Below are positions 56,101-64,000 of a stretch of DNA of 64,000 nt, one piece after another; positions within the stretch are counted from its first letter, which is position 1, and every line of letters begins with the position of its first letter. Source of the stretch: a virus; the IMG/VR virus record IMGVR_UViG_3300045988_126562; one strand, given 5' to 3'. The notes under the pieces were generated by a model that did no database searches, was not told where the DNA came from, and worked only from the letters and a program-made list of their open reading frames with translations. Made by a program: the position numbers and the translations under genes.

Positions 56101-59100
56101 GGAGATATATCTAAATTAGGTATAACCCAAGGTCTGTCAGACATATTTTTCAACATAGTAGCCTTATTAACCTTACTTGTTTCAGAGCTGCGGATACTAG
56201 AATTAGTAATAGAGAATGTAGCACATTTAAATAAAGTAGAGGCCCCATATTTACTTAAACTAGAGTATCCTAAAGGCTTTTCATGAACAGAACTATGAGT
56301 CAACTCAGGAGAAGAATTTTGAAACCAAATAGAGAAAAACGGATTGGTATGAATAGCACCATCTTGTGTGGTAGCGTCTTCATTATTCCCTGTTAAACTC
56401 ATATTTGGGGCTGTTAAATCATCTATAACAGATATATTGAGATATTGAGGAATACCGTCTTTCTTATTTTTTATCAAAGTATGTCCAGTACCACCATAAA
56501 TAACCCCACGCTTACTAAATGCTACAGTTCTATTAGCTTCTTCTATTTTAATGGATTTAGAGTCGATACCAGTAGCTTGTACTTTAGTAGGATGTAAAAA
56601 TGGAAGTCCTACAGTCGCTAGATTATAATTATTGCTCACAATATTATCTAATCTTTGGAACTTGTACAGTTCGGGATTCAATACTACGGTTATACCTAAA
56701 TCTTTTTCGGCACTATATAAGGGCATAGCTGCATTTTTGATTAACTTACCATTTTTATCAAATGCTAGATAACCTCTTAATTCCTTAGTAGATTTATTAA
56801 CCCAAATGTCTTCGTAGGTAGAACCATTTTTAGTTAATTCCTTAACTACAGATTCTGACAGTCTGTCGGATAAATACTTTGTCTGGTCCTCGAACTTATT
56901 GTAACCAGAGGTAATAATTTTATTTTCTAAACCATTAGCTAAAACAGTACTTAGTCTAACACCTCCACTTCTTAAAGTCTCTGCATATAATGTTTCCTCA
57001 ATTCTGTTTTTTTCGTTAAATATATCTCTATTATTAGAGGTATATCTTTTAAATTCAAAAGCTAATAAATTATTAAAGATGTACTTGCCAGCTTTTTTAT
57101 TCCAAGTAAAATGAATTTCTGGTATAATTGATATATCTTCTCCCTTAGATTGAAGAAGTTTTATAGCTACATAAATATCATTCTTTGATAATTTATTTAC
57201 TAGAGGTTCATATTCTTCCCATTTATTATAATTAGCTTCCGGATATTTTTTTGGATATAAAGAATGTAAAGCTCCAAAGAATTTTTTATAATCTTCAACT
57301 ATGGTCTTTTTTAGATTAATCATTTGACTTCTCATAGATTCATAGTAGAGATTGTCCAACTCGTCAGTGCTTAATTCAGAAAAGGATTTATCGTTAATTA
57401 TGGTTTCTCCATCAATATTAACATAAGTGAACTTCTCATCAGTCCTGATAGCTTTAGCTTGAATTTTGCCTTTATCAGCATAAACAGCAGGCTGAATAGA
57501 CACAAACTTCTTTTTATTAGCAAAATATCCTGATACAATACCATCGTATATAAGTTCTGCATCACTCATATTTTTTATTTGCTGAGAATCTCCATCGTAT
57601 CCAATAAATTCTGTTTTAAAGGTATTTCTCATCATACCGTAGATCTTATTATTCATAAATAAGTTATGTCTAAGGGTATGATTGGGGTTTTCTACTACCT
57701 GTTTAAATAAGTTTCTAAACAGATATTTATCACCTTCACTTAAGGAAGTTAATCCAAATTTCGGAAGAGAAGCACCTTCAGAGTTTTTTACATTACTTTG
57801 AGTGGAATCCTTACTAATATAAGACTTAGCTCTAGCCAATACTTCAACTGCATCTAATGCTCCGTTGAATCCATCAACTCTAACTGCCCCTAAATCATTG
57901 CTAAACCAAGACCTAGTGTTGTCTGAAAATGTTCCATCTATTACTTTTCCAGAGGCTATATTATAGGTAATGTTACTACCCAATTTGTTTGACAGGAAAA
58001 TGTTAGAGGCTAAATTTAGCAATTTAAATACACTAGATGGAGAAGACTCATTAGCTATAAGTAGTCCAGCATAAAAATCCTTATCAAATCTTTGTTTAAA
58101 AACATCATTGAAAAATTCTACATACTCTGGATTAGAAAACTTAGCAATTACACTTTTTACATTAGAGGGAGTATTATTTTTGTTGAAATTTATAACATAA
58201 TTGTCTTCTCCTATCTTAAAAGATAAAGATTGTATTTTACCATTAGTAGTGTTGAATACTACATTATATTTTTCAACAAGGCTTGAGTAATCATCTTTGA
58301 TAGCATGAAGAATCAAATTTCTAGATACATCACTTTTTGTCTTAGTTAAATTGGTGCTAGACAATAAGGCTGTTTTATATGTTTCTTCCTCTTCGTCCCA
58401 TATAGTTTGAGTATACTCCATAGAAGCATTTTTGTTAATATGATTAACAATCATAGAATATAAATTATTCTTTGTACTTCTAGTATTAGCTGTATTTTTA
58501 GAATATAAACTAATATCTTTTGGACCAAATACATTATTATAAACGGTATAAAATGTATTTAACAAGATAGTATCATTTCCAGTAAAATAATTTCTAGGAT
58601 TTTTATAAATTTCATCCATAGTAGCCTTAAGAGCCTCTCCAGGATACTCTCTTAACATTTTACTATAATTAGGATTTTTATCTTTGATAATTCTAATAAG
58701 ATTATTAAAATCCCTAAATAGAATAGAATTACCAGTTAGTACACCTTTAGCATTAATTTCTGGAAGTGATGAAATATATTGCTGAACCGATTTATTAGTA
58801 TGAATACCAATGGAAGATGCTTCAAATGAATCATCCCATCTTTGTTTTACATGGAGCGATCCAGCTTTATATTTTGATCCTCTAGAAAATAGTTCTTTGC
58901 TGTTTACCTGAATAGGATCAATTACAATGATCCCATTAGCATATTTTTGAATAGCAGAATCAAAATTAGTAAGCAATAAATATTTATTAAACTCTCCACG
59001 AATACCTTTAGAAGGAAAATCATATTTGCCCTCATCCAAGTAAGAATAAAAATTCAGTCTAGCAGCATTAACTAAATCATTATAAGCAGCCTCATTAAAT

Positions 59101-59657
59101 TTAATTCCATCATAGATATTCTTGGGTTCAATATTTAGATATTCTGCTAATGATACAGCTAGATCATTTTGTAAATCTAATAGAGATGCATTTAAATTAT
59201 ACTCTGTAGCTACTTCATCTCCAGTAACAGGGTTAACTGCACTTGAATTTACAAGAACATTCTGTGCCCATTTGGAGAATGCTCCTCTATCTGTACTTTT
59301 AGAAAAGATAGAATCCAATCCAGAAGATATTCTAGGAAACTCCTGGTATTCTCCAGAATTGTATTTTGTATTATCTAAAGAGGAACGAGAGGGTGTACTC
59401 TCGTTCCAATATTTAGTTATTTTATCATCTAAATCGTTTGTATTAAGTTCGACCTCATCTTCCTCTGCCGATTCGATTATTGCCTCAGTTAGGATAGACA
59501 ATACCTTGTCATTTATAGGAAGCTTTCCTTCGTTAGTTTGGGATTTAATAGTTTTTACTAACTCCTTTAATTCCAGATCATTGTATTCTTCAATTTCCAG
59601 ATTAAGAATAGCATCAATTACTAAATCGCTAGTTAAAATGTTACAACTTTTACTCAT
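50112..59657 (-). CDS. giant (3181 aa) virion-associated RNA polymerase-like protein of crAss-like phages
   Basis: EGSDFDIDKIYV carries a DxDxD metal-binding motif (DFDID encoded at 53037-53051), as in the two-barrel RNAPs of crAss-like phages. Its size, and its position beside other giant genes, fit the conserved crAss RNAP block. It also contains the Walker A motif GHPTLGKT (55446-55469). Confidence 0.65.
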   Translation of the reverse strand: MSKSCNILTSDLVIDAILNLEIEEYNDLELKELVKTIKSQTNEGKLPINDKVLSILTEAIIESAEEDEVELNTNDLDDKITKYWNESTPSRSSLDNTKYNSGEYQEFPRISSGLDSIFSKSTDRGAFSKWAQNVLVNSSAVNPVTGDEVATEYNLNASLLDLQNDLAVSLAEYLNIEPKNIYDGIKFNEAAYNDLVNAARLNFYSYLDEGKYDFPSKGIRGEFNKYLLLTNFDSAIQKYANGIIVIDPIQVNSKELFSRGSKYKAGSLHVKQRWDDSFEASSIGIHTNKSVQQYISSLPEINAKGVLTGNSILFRDFNNLIRIIKDKNPNYSKMLREYPGEALKATMDEIYKNPRNYFTGNDTILLNTFYTVYNNVFGPKDISLYSKNTANTRSTKNNLYSMIVNHINKNASMEYTQTIWDEEEETYKTALLSSTNLTKTKSDVSRNLILHAIKDDYSSLVEKYNVVFNTTNGKIQSLSFKIGEDNYVINFNKNNTPSNVKSVIAKFSNPEYVEFFNDVFKQRFDKDFYAGLLIANESSPSSVFKLLNLASNIFLSNKLGSNITYNIASGKVIDGTFSDNTRSWFSNDLGAVRVDGFNGALDAVEVLARAKSYISKDSTQSNVKNSEGASLPKFGLTSLSEGDKYLFRNLFKQVVENPNHTLRHNLFMNNKIYGMMRNTFKTEFIGYDGDSQQIKNMSDAELIYDGIVSGYFANKKKFVSIQPAVYADKGKIQAKAIRTDEKFTYVNIDGETIINDKSFSELSTDELDNLYYESMRSQMINLKKTIVEDYKKFFGALHSLYPKKYPEANYNKWEEYEPLVNKLSKNDIYVAIKLLQSKGEDISIIPEIHFTWNKKAGKYIFNNLLAFEFKRYTSNNRDIFNEKNRIEETLYAETLRSGGVRLSTVLANGLENKIITSGYNKFEDQTKYLSDRLSESVVKELTKNGSTYEDIWVNKSTKELRGYLAFDKNGKLIKNAAMPLYSAEKDLGITVVLNPELYKFQRLDNIVSNNYNLATVGLPFLHPTKVQATGIDSKSIKIEEANRTVAFSKRGVIYGGTGHTLIKNKKDGIPQYLNISVIDDLTAPNMSLTGNNEDATTQDGAIHTNPFFSIWFQNSSPELTHSSVHEKPLGYSSLSKYGASTLFKCATFSITNSSIRSSETSKVNKATMLKNMSDRPWVIPNLDISPYFQSVYYIDPELDLNRYFELTSLEKVSTDVVNGKVDNIYKAQVIEVDSRGNIIGSETETKILHLNSNYDIWKAFGGAYSCSLSNGKLEPSEDSIHQVARIANDVNIYEDSDEIAEYNDLVKFGRLSNPKLAEISKIKDIRDVPQYSNKLIPEKHLKIEGGRTYYQPMKYSDIHYLANASGVKNGIVNPNPASLYFNSTQERINPNSRVIFGHPTLGKTVASKMGYNLISFDDYNRDKIKNYIAKNKLEGETTQQFKKRRDPAYQEFLLSLLEENLDLNVPIFFSDLSLLDAINNSDEIVIDEIYTMSEENFIERNRQRGGTDDANAREWKHNLDEALNTYLESIPDTKVVDATGHDLFEYFDSPLLSSEFDPAYLIIQLTAEHDVENEQVSEMTQVISALEQGSYTHDIAIKILSDIGQTISDRLDLYRKWDINTEVGRQELNTILGRALCRVFNDSEDRISIASAYLDRIQEELAKSNIITQPIPFDDNNLLGMFETNFRNGFNKDIIKRKFSGFTGVMTPCFDLYSVYDYNGNVITEQDFSRIAEKNETSNIKETLTSLDVEVPVSQIRCGDWIELNGQAVQVGTLVTTFGNTPSITLEEVKSMRGQTVKKLASKGRNLRAQNYVVTVNPDQVNVEDSTFDIYDLDSVLLSSKLKQYVKEFNLEQPQYLDQVFIEVNELIKAKYLTINDKGESRTVDLIPYLKEGNIDKLKSYIKVAIQEDMKSIQSGKYPVPIKYRNDSAQADIITSEYTPNELAVGKPFASKFLLSPGDTISNIDVEFFKNKLRERRSNPIDSKFYNLYFVGNNYKLNFSYDPNIIKKLRSAGYTVSEKNIQDQIITANEGLIRRINDDIKYPVNKNMAFYDVTTPDGETVEMVTGFSNEDIKNIWNTESFYTNNFNFSNFDKEYNDEETLSRNFKRLSNLLKLYGSLNKIKVPIKSYQEAFEYISKINPEAEDTKRAFMMNQSFNEALKVIAARIPAQSMQSFMNMKIASFIDTDTNIVYTPIEMLIYEGSDFDIDKIYVMNSSIGDNGVYINWSPYFMWETTDLFNKSKELPLPNGKTYTVDESGIDVSEYNDLESLYEGKQYSVFLDRLAEMLEKIKETNIVSGASDYLLNIINTHNKFQYNKNEGVKNKIFNNMFKVGADPRNFLAETATLTIDPAREAASKSTAGRFGEVSSNENPGAKMVAQKENAVGKSSIGAFANGIKAFSSLLVFYQDNLSKVVPMAKQALDNFLATISVNLGVEPELDVVLSRLEELSLSELINSGLSEEEAKLVLEARKEDFRQSDKSMEHLNLLVELLKLSDTANVEKYELKLKGSSSYTAYDSEGKPFEIKFTPTLPNLNLSAADGSAISELVDKIKKGGLQEEVYETLGVMLNISTDNAKELVLKKINASGDLAKVYIYLISSGVPFTTITKFMTSSVISLVNNKAQRSLFNEESKYSNINRAIKFYQEGADIADYVGKDFVNSVINVLNTKIDSQIPTKAAEFKKFIKDSGSDYLYTLIDKITEHESDFSVAASRVLSQDEIEQLREIADELGEEGFVANRRDFKQTAFLVNRFLTESINRKNQLATIKGDINNTLELLNNLVEGGDEISEYSQWCGLNQGLKTLRNDFYNFIKRREDFIKSKTGKNFDLIQFIKDPEYRQHQINLYEKSKTTFNVLAAISSSPHFSKMYQALALNEDILNTFSYKYRTFSKMADLLVHRGIVKTIKPDTMRVIKRFVDDVTISEFFDNLSFEIPMVGEVLPYYNADGSTSKREEEVLQLNDVFGRASFKRIMENYIIPELQNKYPTNRFLSDLMFGYTKTSFGVRDFLKLPIDLNNISSEMNENLFNDYVSGFNSIKDDTYNNVRIEDLFFAYNLLVSNNGFGPNTMTRIFEDAIKSSPKNSIISKFTEFEANLPNMDINIDEDDLLIRFAGETGSGFDVQYVAGKKVIYHDGKVQDLFIENNPTSLFFRDGVSRVYKIKADNIYVKFMNLFADNKLDIKLTCDE

Positions 59658-59660
59658 ATA

Positions 59661-62600
59661 TTAACATTTAGATTTATTATCTTTATTAAACAAGTTTTCT
59701 ATTGCTCTTTTTCCTTTTGGTCCAACTTTTTTATCTGTTATTTTCCTTATATATTCCGTTAATAGTTCTACTTTGTCATTTATATTAGGAGTACTATTAA
59801 CTGTTAATATCAGATTACTTACATCTTCTGTAATAGTTGTCTTAAAGGACTTTTGTAAGAGCTTATCTAGATCACTAGTAGTTATATTTTTAGTAGAATC
59901 AGTAATAGGAACGGTTGCATTAGTTTCTGAAAGTATAGTCTTAGAAAGTCTAATGTTTCCAGTCTTATCTAAATTTATCTTTATTGCTATTCCTCCATTT
60001 TCTGATTTAATCATTATAGAATCATCTTGGTATACAAAATTCAAGTTATCATCTGCTAATGAATTTAAAATATCAGGATTGATGGAAGAATTTAATAGGA
60101 AATTCTTATTTAAATCAGTTCTAATAGAAGATAACTGATTGTTTTTCCATTGCAAAGATACCAATTTAGGAGAACTATCCCAAACTAATTTCTTAATACG
60201 TTGATAATTATTATTTATATATGTATTTAGATTCTCATTTAGAACATCATTTGTCCATGATTGTTCTATTTGGAATTTACTTGTAATCTCGTTAAATTGA
60301 CTTATTAATTCAGGATCTATATTAGCTTTTAATTCATCTAATTTTTTAGAGTATAGTTCTTGTATATCGGTGTTAAGCTCATTAGTATTTGAATTTACTT
60401 CTATAGAGCTATAAGGTATAAATGCCCTTCTCGGTAACACTTGGCGATACATATAAACTTTGTCCTTTGTAGCTGCTGCTTTAATATATCCTTCAATATA
60501 TTTAGCTTCTACATCTCTTCCTTGTGTTAAGATCCCATTGTCAAATAGACCAGAGGCTTCTAAGGAAGTTCTAAATAAGTCTTGTTTTTCTCCTTCTAAT
60601 TTACTAAAAAACTCTACTAACTTTAAGTCTTTAATAGTATAAAATAACAAATTAGAGGAAAATAAATCAGACACACTTTCAAGTGTCCTGCCAGAGAATG
60701 TATCAGATATTTTAGATAAGGATTCAAACATAGTTTGAGCCTTTTCTGATAATGCCTGCTCTCCAGTTATATTAGGGTTTGGACTAATTAAATTTGAGTC
60801 CTTGTATAAACTACTTTCAGGATTAGATAATTCCTTGAACAGAGTTATTAATTTTCTATCTTTAAATTTGTTAATAAATTTTATTTCTAGATCATTGAAC
60901 TTAGGAATGCTAATTTCATCTAGTAATTGATCTAGAGCAGGTATATCAGCTTTATTTATAGCTCTTTGATAATTAGTTAAAGATGCTTCACTGATAACCA
61001 TTTCCTTACTTTCAGCAGGAATCTTTTCTGCGAATAAAGCCAATATGGACCTAAGTAACCTATTATTTTCTTTAGTAGATTCTAATGGTTTCTTTATAAT
61101 TTTTCTATAAGTTCCTCCTATTTTATCAGCTTCTTTGTTAAATTCTTCTGCCTCTTTATTGTATTCTTCTATAGATTTGTTATACTCATTTAAAGCATTT
61201 TCATTCTCCAATAAATATTGAAGTTTATACATAGAAGCTATCAATCTAGGGGCTAAAGCAGTAGGAACAAATTTCCTTAGTTTAAAATAATCAGTTTTAT
61301 GATTTTTACTGCTTTCTAGCAAAGTATTTAATTGACTAAAGAAATCATTGTATGAATAAGGAATTATAGATACTTTTCTTTTTTGTATATCGAATATTTC
61401 TGAGCCATAGGAATTTAACATCTCAGATTCAGTTATTCCTGGAGTATCAGAAACTAAAACATATGGAGTTCCTTTGAAAGAACCTTCGGATTCAAAATAA
61501 ATATTAGAAATAGTTAGTTCTGGATTAAGAGACTGTAACTTTTCCAATGTCAATCCATACTCATTTGTTTCGGATGAAGATATTAATCCTCTTACTTGTA
61601 TATTATCAAAATTTAAGTTTAAATATTTGGGGTTGGGATAGTCTCCATTTATTAATTTCTTAAATTCTGAGTTTCCTACATTACTATTTTCAGAAATATC
61701 AGCTACTGTGATATCATAAGTTTGCCCGTCTAATCCTGTTAATTGTAATACAATTCTAGAAAAGTTTTTGGAAGTTCTATTATAGTTTAAATTGTCCAAC
61801 TGATAATCAGTATCAGCATTTAGTTTAGATATTTTAAGCTTTAACTGACCTTTTTCTAGTATGTCCATCATGCCTAAGAAGTTATTTCTATCCCCTGTTA
61901 GTAATTCAGTGAATTTACTAAATACATTGATGTAATTAGTACCTTCCTTTAATTGCCTTAAGAAATTTTCCTTGTCTTCTGCATAACTAAATCTCTTCAT
62001 TATAGACCAAGCTTTATACTCTGGGGTAGAAATTATCTCATCTTTAGACATAGGAGAAGTTAATACAAGATTCAAGTCTTCCCTATTAGAATTTGGAATA
62101 AAGGTATTCTCTCCAGTTCTAGACAATCCTATATGCTTAGATGAGAAGTAAATAGCAAGATTTTCCTTTTTAAATTCTGGAGTATCGTCTTCTTTAGTTA
62201 CTTCTTTTTCTCTTTCTACAAGGTTCTTTTCTATAGCTGTTATGTTCTTAGGTTTATCTAGTTCATTAGCCTCCATTTTTTCTAAATCAGAATTAATTGT
62301 TTCTGTATTAGAATTGGTACTTCTTTTGTAAATAGAAGATATAACTTCCTTATAATTGTTAATATCAGATTGTTGTAATCCAGAATCACTAGAGTATCCC
62401 ATCCTAATACTACCTGCTATTGGGACATTATTACCTTCCATTATAATTATAGAGCCATCAGAAGATCTAGTAATATGGGTATAAAAAGCCCTAAGAGTTC
62501 CTAAGAAAGAGTCATTAATTTGAGTGTCATTAGACCCTCTTACTTTATCATATTTAACATCTACTACTACGTATTTAAATTCTGAACCCTGAACGTCATC

Positions 62601-64000
62601 TGCTTGCTTAATATTAATTTTATCAGGAAACTCTTCGATTAATCTTTGGAATAAATCTAAAGTACTAGATTTAGACTTATTAGTTATAAGAGTTATTTTT
62701 TCCTTTTCTCCTAGACTAGATATTAAATTTCTAATCTCTGGTTCAGAAATTGAATTAACGGTCTTGTCTCCCTGTAACTTATTGTTGCCTTCATAGTACT
62801 TTAAGTAAGTTTCCTTACTTAATATTTGGTATCTATCTGATAGATTTACATTTATTTTAGCTAATCTACTGTTATTTATATCTTCTAGAGATGTTCTTAA
62901 TATAGTGGACAAAATAGATAAATTATCTTGTTTATGCCCATTAGCAGCTCTTACAGACATCATTAAGGAAGGGGCAGAATATACTATACCAGAAACATAG
63001 TTCGGAGAACCATCCACTTTGAATCCTTCTTGTTTAGTATCTCCTAATCCAACTATTCTTAAATTAGGTATTTTGGTTAATAAATCCATTTCATAAGAAC
63101 TAAAATGAGTATATTCGTCTATAAAAACATATACTGGTTCTTTATATTGATGGACTAATTCATTAATATTGGGAATAGGATTTAATATTAATCCATTTCC
63201 ATATGTTCTATTTCCATATGATGCTGTAATTTTGTCATAAAATTCTTTACCCTTGTTAGTTAATACCTCATTGAACAAATCACTTTTAGAGTATCCTTTG
63301 GCTTCACCAAGTAAAGAAGATAATTTATCAGCCTGATCAGAATTTGGTGCTGCTGCTATTATTTTTGCATCCGGATTTTTCTCTTTTATCAGTTGTTTAA
63401 TAAAATAAGCTACACTAGTAGTTTTTCCAGAGCCTGGATCTCCATTAATAATAGTTATATTTTTAAATAGAATATTGCCTAATTCTCTTTCATTTAATTC
63501 CGATTTTCTATCAATAAACTTATTGATTAGGTCTGGATTTTCCTCCATAGCCATAGCCATAGAAATACTAAGATATTGTCCAAAGAATGGAGCATAAACG
63601 TTATCTCCATCTAGTACTTTTAAGAACCTTTTCTTTAGATCCTTTTGGTTAATAGAAAATATAGACATAAGAAAATTCCCAATGAACTCTGGAGACATAT
63701 CGTCAATAGTGCTATTCCTATTTATTTTAGTCTCAAAATTCTTTAAATAATCTAATCCTACTTTTCCATTACCTTTAATAGAAGCTATAGAATCAATTAA
63801 TTCATTCTTAGCCTCAGCAGAAAGATTATTAAATTTATTATAATAATACTCCTGCATTTCTGTAAATATAGAATCTATTCTAGCCAATGTATTTTCATCA
63901 TCAGCATCTTTGAAATTGTTTTTAGATAAATTAGAGAAAAATTGCTCAGAATCAGTAAATTTAAAATCAAAGAAAGGATTTCCATTTACTTCTAGTACCC
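59661..64000 (-). CDS. SF1 (RecD/Dda-like) helicase domain fused to a ~900-aa C-terminal extension; 5' end probably beyond the window
   Basis: Helicase motifs: INGDPGSGKTTSV (Walker A), VFIDEYTHFS (Walker B), GLGDTKQ, VQGSEFKYVVVD, AFYTHITRSSDGSIII. The track start at 63887 is a TTG, and the frame stays open with no stop to base 64000. Confidence 0.65.
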   Translation of the reverse strand, partial: VLEVNGNPFFDFKFTDSEQFFSNLSKNNFKDADDENTLARIDSIFTEMQEYYYNKFNNLSAEAKNELIDSIASIKGNGKVGLDYLKNFETKINRNSTIDDMSPEFIGNFLMSIFSINQKDLKKRFLKVLDGDNVYAPFFGQYLSISMAMAMEENPDLINKFIDRKSELNERELGNILFKNITIINGDPGSGKTTSVAYFIKQLIKEKNPDAKIIAAAPNSDQADKLSSLLGEAKGYSKSDLFNEVLTNKGKEFYDKITASYGNRTYGNGLILNPIPNINELVHQYKEPVYVFIDEYTHFSSYEMDLLTKIPNLRIVGLGDTKQEGFKVDGSPNYVSGIVYSAPSLMMSVRAANGHKQDNLSILSTILRTSLEDINNSRLAKINVNLSDRYQILSKETYLKYYEGNNKLQGDKTVNSISEPEIRNLISSLGEKEKITLITNKSKSSTLDLFQRLIEEFPDKINIKQADDVQGSEFKYVVVDVKYDKVRGSNDTQINDSFLGTLRAFYTHITRSSDGSIIIMEGNNVPIAGSIRMGYSSDSGLQQSDINNYKEVISSIYKRSTNSNTETINSDLEKMEANELDKPKNITAIEKNLVEREKEVTKEDDTPEFKKENLAIYFSSKHIGLSRTGENTFIPNSNREDLNLVLTSPMSKDEIISTPEYKAWSIMKRFSYAEDKENFLRQLKEGTNYINVFSKFTELLTGDRNNFLGMMDILEKGQLKLKISKLNADTDYQLDNLNYNRTSKNFSRIVLQLTGLDGQTYDITVADISENSNVGNSEFKKLINGDYPNPKYLNLNFDNIQVRGLISSSETNEYGLTLEKLQSLNPELTISNIYFESEGSFKGTPYVLVSDTPGITESEMLNSYGSEIFDIQKRKVSIIPYSYNDFFSQLNTLLESSKNHKTDYFKLRKFVPTALAPRLIASMYKLQYLLENENALNEYNKSIEEYNKEAEEFNKEADKIGGTYRKIIKKPLESTKENNRLLRSILALFAEKIPAESKEMVISEASLTNYQRAINKADIPALDQLLDEISIPKFNDLEIKFINKFKDRKLITLFKELSNPESSLYKDSNLISPNPNITGEQALSEKAQTMFESLSKISDTFSGRTLESVSDLFSSNLLFYTIKDLKLVEFFSKLEGEKQDLFRTSLEASGLFDNGILTQGRDVEAKYIEGYIKAAATKDKVYMYRQVLPRRAFIPYSSIEVNSNTNELNTDIQELYSKKLDELKANIDPELISQFNEITSKFQIEQSWTNDVLNENLNTYINNNYQRIKKLVWDSSPKLVSLQWKNNQLSSIRTDLNKNFLLNSSINPDILNSLADDNLNFVYQDDSIMIKSENGGIAIKINLDKTGNIRLSKTILSETNATVPITDSTKNITTSDLDKLLQKSFKTTITEDVSNLILTVNSTPNINDKVELLTEYIRKITDKKVGPKGKRAIENLFNKDNKSKC

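Noticed and set aside
59122-60642. Plus-strand ORFs 59122..59664, 59773..60138 and 60460..60642.
   Set aside because: They are antisense to the giant polymerase and helicase ORFs, with low-complexity S/L-rich translations.
1-64000. Genome-wide stop-codon reassignment (TGA or TAG recoding, known in some crAss-like lineages).
   Set aside because: All large ORFs are intact under the standard code. TGA ends several genes cleanly, some with ATGA stop-start overlaps (for example 5344-5346, 15518-15520, 19527-19529, 20796-20798). TAG ends the gene at 19976. Only the single TGA at 14801 is anomalous, and it is reported separately.

Overview
AT-rich, tightly packed, phage-like DNA (roughly one-third GC by eye). 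I read it as the late/virion region of a crAss-like (Crassvirales-type) podophage, probably with a Bacteroidota host. All functional calls rest on motif recognition and gene order, because no searches were possible.

Plus strand, 1-42655:
- the 3' end of a probable portal gene;
- a long run of tail-fibre / receptor-binding genes;
- a scaffold-like gene and a major-capsid-like gene;
- small head/connector genes;
- two very large tail proteins of 1324 and 1600 aa.

Minus strand, 42705-64000, converging on a bidirectional terminator:
- a 1493-aa protein with a PD-(D/E)xK-like motif;
- a 978-aa HExxH protein;
- a 3181-aa giant protein carrying a DFDID (DxDxD) motif typical of crAss-like virion RNA polymerases, plus an embedded P-loop domain;
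- an SF1 helicase fusion whose frame runs off the window edge.

The strongest signal is a complete diversity-generating retroelement (DGR). The variable repeat (VR, about 11421-11557) lies in the C-terminus of a fibre gene. The template repeat (TR, about 11688-11824) differs from it almost only at TR adenines. The reverse transcriptase (RT, 11954-13183) has the DGR-type GxxxSQ motif, but its motif C reads YCGD instead of YxDD, and no Avd-like ORF is present.

Directly downstream is a four-gene fibre-like cassette (14780-17997). Its members share an N-terminal MLRR..LGSKK leader. Its three internal intergenic regions carry G10, G8 and G9 homopolymers, which are extreme for this composition. Its first member has an in-frame TGA at codon 8. 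Only the two glycine-rich members have canonical Shine-Dalgarno sites.

I saw no tRNA, rRNA, CRISPR array, integrase or global stop-codon recoding in this window.
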